From contig OZ237735.1 in the NCBI GenBank assembly GCA_965178125.1, positions 1,674,001 to 1,738,000 on the forward strand: a DNA stretch of 64,000 bases, in the 5' to 3' direction. The stretch is from Bilabrum cf. latius. Lineage: Eukaryota. The translations under genes and the position numbers were made by a program. Numbering within the stretch: the first letter of the stretch is position 1; each line of letters starts with the position of its first letter. Of this stretch, positions 38,402 to 49,800 are shown piece by piece. The notes under the pieces were generated by a model. It was not told the DNA's origin and searched no databases. It was given only the letters and a program-made list of their open reading frames with translations.

Positions 38402-41400
38402 TTAGCCCAGGTGCCCCCTTCTGCGCATTTCTGCGCCCATAAAGCCGCCATTCTACCTTGCAGCATATCGTCCTTGCATCCCCTACCGCACCATACCCCT
38501 TGCACCCGATTGGGAGCCGCCTTCCGCTCTCCTCGAGCGGCCACCTGCCGACGAGTCGCTCAACGATGACCCCTGCCGCCCCCGCCGCCCCCCCGTACCT
38601 CTACCCCTTGCAGACCTCCCGCCAACCCTAGCGCACGTTGCAAAACCGCAGCACTGCATCAGAGCTGGGACCCCGAACGCGCACGAGACGGGCACGAGCA
38701 GCAGCAGCACCACTGCCGTTGCGCCCACAACCACGGGCTCGCTGTAGGCTAGCCGCATCCACACCGCGGCATCGGCCCAAATAGTAACAAACTGAGACCT
38801 GTGTGAATCAATGGATGCAGCAGCATTCTTAGAACCTGCTGTTCCATCCACACCGCTGCACGCACTGCAATGCACTACAATTACACCCAGCGCCTGCTAG
38901 TCCCCGCCGGCAGCCCCCGACCCCCATTCCCACCACGCCGCGATCTCCCACCCAGCCAGCTGCATAGTGGCATCGCGCATACTCTCTGATTCAGCTGCAG
39001 TGTGCATCTTTCCGATGTCCAGCCTCGCCGCATTGGACGGGCTGCTGTCCTTGTCCCCCTTCAGCTGCTGCACGTCCATGTCAGCAGGCTACTGGGCGGC
39101 TGGCTCGAGAGTGTCTGAGCCCCCAGCCGCTGACTGCAGCTGGAGCTGCTCAAGCTCGCACGCAGTGGCCTCTGTTATAGCTCGAAAGCATCTAACAGAC
39201 GCGTCGTTGGAGGCGGCGCTACGGGCAGTAGAGCAGGAGGCTGCGTGCGCAGCAGCATAGCTTGCGCATGCGTCGAAGCGAGAGGCAGCCAACCGATCAA
39301 TGAGCGCGGATGAAGCCGCCGTCTGCTTGCTGTTCGAAAGCGCGGCATCTGTCAGTCCCAATGGCACACCCTCTCCTCCGGCCACCCCGGCCAGCACGCA
39401 GTCCCACCACGATCTTGAGTCGTGAGGCGCGCTCGGGCTGCCACACGCCTCGACTGGGTCAGTATGCCGAGCTTGGTAAGCTGCTCCCTAGGCGTAGGAC
39501 GCTGATTTCCACCTAGGAGCAAGCTATGAGTGACCAGGTTGCTTGAACCAGCCCCACGCCCACCAGCTGCCCGAACTCGAGGCGTCATGGAGGGCAAAGG
39601 CGCCGTGGTGAAGACCATGCACAGGTCCGGTGGATCCAGCCGAGGCAGCCGCGTACCGTACGAGCGCTGGAGTTGGATTCTTATCGTACGTCATCCCTTG
39701 GCCCGGCAGCTGCGATACCCTGGGCAGCAGAGGGGCGATCAAGAACCCACCCCTGGATTGAAGCCCGTGCTCTGCGACGTGGTCGTAGCACGCCGGCTCG
39801 CAGTGGAGGCACCTGTCGATGGGGGCTGTGGAACCCTGCGAGCTCCGACGGGTCCTACTATCGCGCTTGATGCGGTCGCTCCAGTGAGACCCCGGTCCAC
39901 CCCGTTTGCGAGATGTCCGCGAGTTCGTCTGCCCTGGACTGCCCTCAGGCACTCCGTGGTCGGCGAAGGCCGCCCGTTCCATGGCGCCAAGCAGAGCGTA
40001 ATACCCCCCTGCTTCGTACCCAACCGCGATGCTGCGTGGCTTGAAGGTAGCGTAGGATGAGACCAAGCCCTCTCTGTCTCTCCCTCGCCCCTGCTGCAAC
40101 TTACTCTAGACACCAGCCCGCAGGGAGCTCGCCAGCAGCCGTGCACCCACCGCGGCGAGCACAGACCTCTCGAGGTCAGCCCTCAGCCACTGCTACCATG
40201 CCTGCCTGCTTACCTGCCATGCCCACGTCTTGACCACCAGCCGGGGCTATGCCTGCAGCGCTACTAGGTTCAAGACAGAGCTCACCCCATGGATCGATGA
40301 TGGCGAAGACAGTGATGCACTAGAAGCAACGACCCCGAGCTCTGGTTCCATGCACGCAGCCGGCTCGATCCCGCTGTGGCCACCCCCGAGCCGCTTGCTT
40401 CCAGATGGTTCCGTTTCGCGGTCGATCTGTGCCTGCGACAGCGGCTCTGGCACGTCGGCGAGGCCCGCCAAGACGCTGGGCCTGGCCAGGTGCTTCCCGC
40501 TTGCGATGCCGAGGAGGGACAGGACGGCCTCTCGGTGGGTCGGGGCCTCCTGTCTGTCCACCGCAGCGCGCGCTGCATGGGCGATCTGTGTCAGCGAGGT
40601 CTCTGATAATCGCAGCCATGGGGTGCCGGCGACGTTCAGGGCCACAGCACCCGGTCGATTGCTCGATCCAGCGTGCAGCGATCCAGCAGGGTTCTTGCCG
40701 GCCGGATGCTCGAGCCGGGATGCGAGCCGCCGCCGTGCTATTTCAGCGGTATCCTGGCGATTTAGACCTGGGTGTTGGTCTAGCGCATCCCCTAGTCGCG
40801 TTCCGAGCGCCGTGACAGCCGTGCGAGCCGCTGCCATGGCGCTACCCAGGTCTGGGGACAGAGCCGCGTCATCCTCGACGATCAGCGCGAAGTCTGGTGG
40901 ACTAGTGAGCCCATCACCCCGGATTGAAAGAAGCGAGCTGCATTGAATCGTGATTTTCCCGTGTTCGTGCTCGGCTGAGTACTCGGCACCCAGTGTAGCA
41001 CCCCCCTCGCCAAACACGGCATCGACGCCGGCCAGAAGGTTGCGAGTGCTCTCCACCTTTCCAGTCGCCCGCCCAAGGTCTAGATGAAGCGGATTCGTGC
41101 AAACATAGGACAACTTTCCAAGAGCTTCCCAATTTCCCTGCGCATTTGAGCACTGGCAGTCTGCACAACCTGCCCTTGGCGCTTGAGATGGGCTTCCAAG
41201 GAATCGAACAGCATCTGACGGCTTGAAGGCCGCCGTGCCACCCCGGGGGACGCTATGACTAACGACAACATGGTCGTTCCCAAAACCTATGTCTGCCAAC
41301 CGGCTGAGGATCCGAGCCAGTTGCTCTGGCCGATTGTGCGTCATCACTACGACGCCGACGGTAGGGTCTGTGGTATCCTTACTTGCATCAATTGGAGCTG

Positions 41401-41461
41401 CAAATCGAGTAGCAAGTAAAAACAATATGAGTGGACATATATGGTGTACCAGGCTGGTCAT
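38402..41461 (-). CDS. GT-A fold glycosyltransferase, GT13/GnT-I-like, ~1,019 aa (9 in-frame TAG)
   Basis: N-terminal hydrophobic leader, VVVMTHNRPEQLARIL, ALIVEDDAALSPD, TWAWQVSRQAW and IAPLLPRVSQL, plus a C-terminal TM-like segment. ORFs 40247, 39524, 39089, 38897 and 38483 are in frame and joined by TAG. Ends in TAA at 38402-38404. Confidence 0.65.
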
Positions 41462-41565
41462 AAAAAGCTGATAATGGGCAACTTCGAAGCAGTGATTCCT
41501 TCATCATCACATCATTGCCACGGGTAGCAACGGCTCGAAGGGTGAAATGTCTGCACCATTTTAAG
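41462..41565. promoter_or_regulatory. Probable bidirectional promoter region (104 bp)
   Basis: AT-richer spacer between divergent predicted start codons; positional inference only. Confidence 0.4.
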
Positions 41566-44089
41566 ATGGCAACAGTAATGTCGTACAGAGCTCCATTCGA
41601 TAGCCTTCTTGCCAAACTAAGAGGTGAGTTCAATGCATTATGCACATTCCTTCGACCTAGATTTGCACCGGCTGTATATCAAGCCCAAAATTGTAGCAGT
41701 ACGGCATCATCGTGTCGCAGAAACTAGATCTGATCTACAAAAATTGCAAGACACTATGCCAGACGATATCCGCGACTGGAAGCCGCCGACGGCAGAGGAA
41801 CTGGCCCAGCCCATGGCAGGGGCTACCAGCAAGCTGCCAAGCAACGGTAGGGCGTCGAATCCAGCAGACCTGTAGGAAGGATTTACTCCAGCCCAGCCAG
41901 CTGGATAGAAACAAGGGGGTGAGAGCATAGCAGACTCGCTGCTGCGGAGAGAGCAGGAAGCCCAAGCACGGATCGAATCGAAACGGAGAGAGCTGGAGGC
42001 TGAGCAGCTTGGCGAGCTTCGCGAGCATCCGGAGATCAATGCTCTTTCCAAAAAGCTAGCCGAGAGGAGGCGCCAATTCAAGGAGGGATAGACTATTCAC
42101 AAACGCGAAGAGGAGGCGCGAGCGCAACGAGAGGCAAAGCTTGCGAAAATGCGGCAGGAGATGGAGGCACGCAAGGACGCGGAGGTTACCGGAGGGCCCC
42201 GCATCAACGAGGCATCGAAGCGCATGACTAGGGACGGGAAGCGTGGCCCAACCTCCATGCTAGACTGGGAAAAGAAGCGTCAAGAGCGGCTCGAGAAGCG
42301 CAAGCGAGAGCTTCAAGCGAAGGAAGCGCAGCAGGTCACGGCCAAGCCAGCTATGTCGAAAGGCTCGCAGCGACTCGTCGAAAAGCGAAAAGAAGAGCAG
42401 AAGAAGAGGCAAGCACGAGAAAAAATATTCCAGGAAGCGGCGCGCATCGCGGCAGTAGCGGGAATCGACCCCGAGCAGCTTGCCGCGCTAGGGATCGGGC
42501 CTCACGGCAGGGCAGCAGCGCTCCCGGCCGCCCCTCAGACGCCGGGAAGAGGGCTCGCAGGCAGGGGTACCCGTCGGCAGCGACGGGCAGTAGGCGGTGC
42601 GGGCAGCCGCATAGGGCGCTCCTCGTCGCTGCCAAGGCCTGCGAGGCGGGGGGGTTCGAACCCCGGAGATGACGGAAGGAACCGCTCTGCCTCCGCCCTC
42701 GACAACGTCGCCCTTGACCAGCCGGCCGGGGACCGTCTCTACCGCCTGGCCCAGGACCAGCAGCGACGGGCAGCGGCGCGACGGCGGCGGGAGGAAGAGT
42801 CTGCCCGTGCCAGAGCAGTGCCAAGAACCACTGCTCGGAGGCCTAGAGGCGGCGCGGGCGGCAGCAGCAGCGGCGCTCTCCTGCCCGCCGGCGCCGGGCT
42901 AACAGGAGGAGGAGGCAGGTCTAGGCCGGCCTGGGCCAAGCAATCGAACGGAAGTGGTGCCGATCCAGCGGCGGCCTCGGGCGGCAGGCTGCATCGCATT
43001 GCGGCCGAGCGGGCCGAGCGAGACGCTGCCAGGCGTGCCCAGGCGGAAGCGAGGGCGGGCGTTGACGATGAGGGAAGGCCGCTGTTCCAGCCCAAAATCA
43101 ACGCGAGGAGCAAGCGGATGGGGTCTGCCAAGGTCGATGACGGGCAGGCGGGGGCCGGGCAGGTCGGGCAGAGATCGAGGGCAGGATCTGAGTCGGAGCA
43201 ATCCATGCACGGCAGGTCCCGCGATGGACGCGGGTCATCGGCTGGGAGCTTTGGCGCGCGTGCCGAGCAAGGCACCTCGTCTGCAGGCAGCTTTGATCCG
43301 TAGCCAACGGATGACGCAGCCCGCGTCATGGGTGCTGCTCAGCTCTTGGCACAGGCACGGGAGGCTGCACTGCGGCGGAAAGCGGCAGGGGAAGGCCAAG
43401 CCGGCGACGGTGCAGAACGAGATCGACGGAACGTTGGGGACGGGCGGTCAGGACATGAATTCAGAGACGACTCATAGGAGGAGGGATACAGCCGGATGGG
43501 CGGCCTGCGCGCCGCGCTGGCGGATGCGGAGGGTTTCCTGCAGTCGCCGCTAGAAGACGCCTCACGGGGCCATGCCGGTCGGCTGCAGTCTGCCACGGCA
43601 GTGCACTCCCAGCCCGACAACGATCTAGCGAGGAAGGGGCGGGAGCTCGCGCACAAGATGCGATTTGGGTTTGGCGGTGCAAGGGGCAGTGATGGCAGCC
43701 AACATACTGGCGAGCCGCCTGCTGCGAGGCCTCCCCCGTCCGAAGCGGCCGCCGCCCCGCTACCGCCCAGAAGCAGTAGGGCTGAGTCGGGCCGGCGTTA
43801 GCCCGAACGGTCCGCTGCGCCATCTCAAGCCGCGACTCGCAGGTCGGCAGAGCTGCTAGAGGCGCGCAGGAGGGCGCTGGCACAGCAGCGAAGGCTCGGG
43901 CTAGAGGCGCAGACTAGCGCTGCTAGGTCAGATTCAGACGCTGGAGGTGCTGGGTACAGCAGCCGAAGCGGCAGGGCTGCCCGGGCCCCGGTGGACCAAG
44001 GCGAAGAGGATGAAGACGCTTGGATGAAGGAGCAGGGGGCGGCATTCCTCCAGCGGTACAAGTCATTCAAGGGTTAGGATGCGCAGTGA
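41566..44089 (+). CDS. Coiled-coil protein with repeated P-x-I-N-x-x-S-K/R motifs (TPX2-like protist repeats, possibly microtubule-associated); exons 41566-41623 and 41721-44089 (7 in-frame TAG)
   Basis: Motifs PEINALSKKL, PRINEASKRM, PAMSKGSQRL and FQPKINARSKRM in one frame across TAGs. G|GTGAGT..CGCAG|AA intron is phase-compatible. TGA at 44087-44089. Confidence 0.65.
41624..41720 (+). other. GT-AG intron (97 nt)
   Basis: GTGAGT donor and TCGCAG acceptor; joins MATVMSYRAPFDSLLAKLR-E-TRSDLQKL. Confidence 0.65.
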
Positions 44090-44114
44090 GGGGCTGACAT
44101 GGATGGTGGATCAC

Positions 44115-44133
44115 GGGGGGGGGGGGGGGGGGG
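44115..44133 (+). repeat. Poly-G tract (19 G) followed by further G runs
   Basis: Read directly; lies between two convergent stop codons. Confidence 0.9.
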
Positions 44134-44393
44134 TTGGGGTGTTGGTGGGGTGGCAGCAAGCAGACTCGAATGACGGGCCTTTGAACCGAGCAGAAACACC
44201 GTATCAATCCCCACGCAAGCAATTTAACACGGCGGCCTCTTTCTGAACCTTAATCCAGTTGTGAGACAGCCCAGCCACACGTACCCTTGCCCACAGCCAA
44301 TACCACGCGTGTGCCGATTGCATAGCCAAGGGAACCACATCAAATAACGCGACTCAATTCACCCGTGTTCCGGAATGTAGATCCGGCTTGGAT

Positions 44394-46532
44394 TCAAACC
44401 TGGCCCATAGCACCCTCGACACCTCGTGCCATCCCGGCGCCCAGTTCCATCTGGTTGTTGCTCTCAATCTTGGCCACCCCCCGGCTCGTCCTCGCCGCGC
44501 CCTGGCTGTTGCCCTCCTCGGCGTCCTGCTTGCGGTCCGCCTCCTCTTGCTGCTCGAGCGTGTCAGAAAGCTGCTTGCCCGAGGTTTCGTGGGGCAGGAA
44601 AAGCCCGGCGATGGCACCCACCATGAGCATACCAGCCGCGAGCACCAGCAGCAGAGGGATCGACACGTGGATGAGGGCACCGAACACGAACTGGCCCGCC
44701 ATGGAGCCCAGCCTGCCGCTCCCAGCCAGGATCCCCATCGCACTTGTGCGCAAGGACGTAGGGAACGATTCCGTGGACACGCAGTCGAGGGAGTTCCAAC
44801 CGCCAACGCTTACCATGTTGAGCAAGCAGGCTGCAATGACTGTGAGAGCCGCTGTCCTGCTGAACGCAAACAGCACCGCGAGTCCAGAGGCGATCATCAT
44901 GCTGAAGGACAACAGCCGCTTCCTGCCCAGCCTGTCCATGAGCAGACTGCTGATGATGTTTCCCGGCAGGTTGGCAGCCGCCACGAGGAAAGCGTCCTGG
45001 TAGATGTCGAGGTCGAAGTCCTGCGCCTCGAAGAGGCTGGGGATCCACAGGATGAGGCCGTACCACCCGAACGACAGAGTGAACCAGATGATGGTCAGCA
45101 TCACCGAGGTCTAGCGGATGGACGGGTGGAAGAAATCCTGGAACGACTTGCCGAACGAGCCCATGAAGCCGCAGTACCCGCCGCAGCAGGTAGGGCCAGT
45201 GCTCACGACCGGCACGTCGGAACCTGCAGAGAACATGGCTGGGTCGTCTCCCGCGGGACCGCCCGCCGGCTTGTCTGCCAGCCCATTCCCCGGACTGCTT
45301 GCCCTTCGCACCGGCGGCTCCTCCCCATCGGAGAGAGTCAGCGGCGACCCCTCGGCGCCTCCCGTGCCGTACCGCGTGCGCACGCCGCCGGCCAGATCCC
45401 CTTGGCTGTCCCCTGCCGAGGCCAGCCCCCTCGAGCTGTTACCCATAATGGCCGCCGCGCCTTCTCCACCGCCTACGCCGTGTCTCGCCGCGCCGCTGTG
45501 CGCGTTCTCTTTCGCGACGAGTAGGTAGCCCGGGTCGTCGATCCGGCTGGGCTGCCCGTTCCACTTGGCCATGTATCTGAGGACGTCCCTGCACTTGTTG
45601 AGGAGGCCCTTGGTGTAAAAGTACCGAGGAGACTCCGGGAGCAGAAAGATGCCCAGGATGAGGGCGAGGGTCGCTGGCCCCGCGCACACGAGAGCGAAGA
45701 TCCTCCAGCTGAGCCCGAGGATCCCAATGAGGATCCAGGCGATGCCCGCAGTGAAGATAGAGCCGATCATCCAGAACCACGCAACGATGGTAAGGTAGAA
45801 CCCACGGCCCTCCATGGGGAGAAACTCGACGTAGATCGTAAACACGGAAGGGATCGATCCCCCGACGCCAAGGCCGGAGATGATCCTCAGCGCGGCGAGC
45901 ACCGGCCAGTTCGGGGAGAGCGCAGAGGCCGCGCCAGCGACCGCATTGATGCCCAGGGACGCCAGCAGCGTGAGCTTGCGCCCAAATACATCCGAAGCAC
46001 CCCCGGCAATGAGGCCTCCGACCAGCATGCCGGCAAACACAGCGGCCGACAGGACGCCTGCAGTGAAGTATAATCGAATACAAGCATAGTATAGACTCGT
46101 TTCTCTCTGCGAGCCGAGACCAGGGCTTGTGCCAATAGAACAATAATATTCTTACTTTTTGCATGGTCTGTGATGGTCTCGTCCTCTTTATCTAGCTCTG
46201 GGATTATGTAGCTAATGCAGAGTAATTCGACTGCATCTGCAGCATTGCCTAAGCCACATATCATGACGGCCATAATATGGAACCATCCTGGTCCCATGTG
46301 CTCAATTTCATCATCACAAGTTATACTCTACACTTCACCATCGTGCCTGCGGTTAGCGCGGGGGGTAGTGGTGTACGAATGAGGAATGCGCGAAAACGAT
46401 GTGTGACGCAGGCGCCCAATTTCCAAACGTCGAGGCAAAACTGAGCCTATCGCACCTTGATGGAGTGCTAAATGAAATACCATCCCGTGCTTCAGCTGTA
46501 GCATCCGAATCGGACCGTTTACGTCCATCCAT
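44394..46532 (-). CDS. MFS transporter, SV2/SVOP-like; exons 46532-46456, 46346-46156 and 46057-44394 (2 in-frame TAG)
   Basis: Motifs GLGNAADAVE, SDVFGRK, GLGVGGSIP, LPESPRY, MDRLGRK and ESFPTSLRTSAMG. The two MFS halves are joined across a TAG at 45111-45113. Introns 46058-46155 (GTAAG..CTGCAG) and 46347-46455 (GTGCGA..CTAACCGCAG) are phase-compatible. Ends in TGA; exon 1 is less certain. Confidence 0.88.
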
Positions 46533-46826
46533 GCCTGTTTTTGTTCCGGAACCGAGACCTAAATGCGTGTGCCCCTTGGGATGTACGTCTCGGCTGTTGT
46601 CCTCCTTCCCTCCGTATATAGAACTTTGAATCTTGAGGTGGAGAAATTCTACGATAGCAGTGCCCAAAGGTTTGTCTTCAGGACAGGAAAGCGAGTGCAA
46701 CATAACACGTCGGCTTCGTGCAACTGGCGACGAACCACATTTTCGAACGTTCGGCACGTTCGGCGCAGCAGGCGATTGCAATGCCTGATTACAGAGCAGT
46801 TTCCACATTCCTTCATTTGAAAACAA

Positions 46827-49800
46827 TCACTTCCTACCCTTCTTACCCCTTTTCTTCCGTTTGGCCGCCCTAAGATGGCTGGCAGCCTCGTCCCGCATCG
46901 CTTGCTCTTCTGTGTAAGAGGACCCAGGGGCGACGTACCCCGCCGCTCCCGTGCTATCAGATGCCCACGTGTCGGTGCGGCCGTGCAGTCCGTGGTCCTC
47001 TGCAATATGAGCGATCAGCCTGTCAGCAACACCACCCACATTCCCGTCGATCTCAGCGGCATCCAGGGCTCTTCCCAGCTGGGCTTGCAATCTCAGGCTC
47101 TCGTCGAATGTCACGTCGTGGGAATCCATTGTCGTGTAGGGGCGGCCCAAGTCCGAATCAGAGTACTGCCCGCTACTCCTAGTCATATGCCTGGGCCTGC
47201 TGTCCGTCCCTGATGAGCGCCGCTCCAGCTCGCGCCGCAAGGGCCTGCCCTGGCTGCCACGACCCGAGTCCATCATGCTGCTGTCGTTCCCCGTCCCGGT
47301 TTCAAACTCGCTATCCAGCCTGCTTCCGCTGTCGGTGGCAATGGGCAGGCTGTGGGCACTACCCCGGGCACCTCTTCTCCCAGGACCACCCCCTAGCCCC
47401 CGCAGCTGCAGCTAGGGCACCAGAGGGGTTCGGTCCAGCCCACGGCTGGCCACATGCTCCTCCTCCTCCTCACGAGCGATTTGCATGGGCACGTCCTACT
47501 GCCTGCAAGCAATGCCTGGTCCGTGTGTTTGTCCTGCTCCCATTGGTGCGTTGTGCTGCTCCGCGTGCCGAGGGTGCACTGCCTCCCCTGTTTCACGACC
47601 GACGGCGGCACCGCTCGGATCACTCGGTGGTGCATCTCGTATGCGGTATCTGCTGGAGGTTGGACCGTTTACCGGAGACAGGATGCCTAAGCTTGCAGAA
47701 TCCATCCTGGAAGCAGACCCGCCTTCCGTCGAGAATGCAGTCGTGTTGGACCCGTATCTCGAAGACAGGCTCGCTGCCAGATTCGGCACGACAACCAGGC
47801 CTGTACCGCCCGGCTCGGTGCGGTCAAGCTCATCGAGGCGTACTTGCTGATCTGCATCATCGTCAGGATCCCCCTGACCTCTCTGGCGACGCCTGCGCAC
47901 CGGCCTTGCCAGGTCACCTCCAGACTCGTTGGTCGATCCGCTCAAGCGAGATCTGATGCTTCGAGGCCTTGCAGCTGTGTCATCTGCATCGAGACCATCG
48001 CCCGGGAGCATAACACCAAGCCCGCCTCCACGGTGAGCTCGCACCGCATTGCGGCCTCTAGCCGCAGTACTGAAGCTGTACCGCCCACCGCTGTCGTTCG
48101 GGGCTGACAGCGTGCTCTGCCTGCGCATTGTGTACCGGCCCTCCGGGCCACCACCAGACCCCTCTCTACCTTGGGTCTCGGTGCGAAAAGCCCTGCTACT
48201 GTCGGCCCCACTGCTTCCGCCGCTGCCACTGCCGCTACTGCTTGCCCTGCCCATGGCCATGGCAACGCTCGAGACACCTGAACCAATCCCTGACTGCCCA
48301 CTTCGATGCAACGAACCGGCACCAGACTTCTCATGGCCGCTTGATTCTCTCGGACTGCCGCTTGCACTTGGCGACTGGGGCGCAAATGCATCCTGACCAC
48401 TGCAATGAAGTGCTTGACGCCCTTTCGGAGACACGTCGCCCATGGCTTTGCGGATCAAGATGCTGTCGGAGTTGCTACGACCAGACGAGCCTGCGGCTCG
48501 TCCGCCCTGACTCTGGCTGCCTGTCCTGTTACTGCTGCTTGTGCTGCTCAGGCTAACCACTGCTTGATTGTGCTGGTTTCGACCCCACCGCCTCATGCCA
48601 CGCTTGGGACTGCCCATGTCCACTAGGCCTTGCTCCGCCTATGGTCCACTTGAACTGTCTGACGGCCGAGCTGGCCCCGGTATGCCCCTATGTCCGCCCA
48701 CAATGACCCCATCTTCGGCAAGACACTCTCGGACGGACCCAGCTGGGGAGCTGTAGATCCGGTCTCGAGGAAGATGGACATGTGACCTGACCGCAGCAGA
48801 GGCTGCGGTTGCTCCATCACCTGCATGATCAATTAGGTTCCACTGTGGTCTTGGGTCTGATGGCACACCGCTAGTGCCCCGCGGCTCATCACTGGTCAGT
48901 GGCCCGCGGCCGAGTCTCCCTCCCTCCCTCACGGCGCCAGGGCTGCCCCCGCGGCTCATCCCCGGCACGTCTTCCTGCTCTTTGGCCCAGTGTCGCAGTC
49001 CGGGCATCCCGGCAGACTGCGTTGATGAAGCTTGGGCCTGCGTTGAAGACGTTGTCTCTCTGATCGGTTGCATTTGCTGCACTCCCACTGGCAAGCGGGT
49101 GCTCGTTGCCCACTGTCTCCCGGTCACTACACCTTCCTCATTGTCCCACTCATGCTCTTGCTTGGACACACGAGTTGGTATTGTGACCCATTGCTCCTTC
49201 TTGCCCCCTATCGACTCCCCTGCTGTCAGAGTGGTTGTACCTGGATGCGCTACGGTGACTTGGGTCCTCATCGCCGACTCAAAGACGTCGTCAGGTGGAG
49301 TATTCGTTTCAAGGGAGGAGGGAGGCATCGCCATCTCTCTCCCACTGATCGCTCCAGAACCGTGGGTCTATGTACGGATGCGCATAAGCTGCGGCGATTC
49401 GCCACCCTACTCGGTTCGATCACCGTCTGGCTCCCCATGGGCCGGGCCCGCGAGATCGGATCGCTCCCGCGCTGCCGCAATACTGCACCCTGATCCCGCC
49501 TCCAGCAGCTTCCTTGCTGCTGCCGTGGGAACCCCCGCTTGTCGGCCGTGCTTTTGGCCCGAGGAGCCGCTGGACGAGTCGCTGCCGCCCCGAGGAGAAT
49601 CGCCATGGGACGAACCTAGCAGGTTGGGAGGCTCCATGGAACGCTGCAACATGCTAGACCCGCTTTGAAATGCTTTTGCTCGCTGCTTGGTATCGCGCTG
49701 CAACTTCTCTCGCGACTTCTATTGGCGGTCCGACAGCCTGGACGGGTCAGGCCGGTCCCCCGAGCTCCCTTTGGCATCCTGGGGGCTGCCTTGCACAGTA

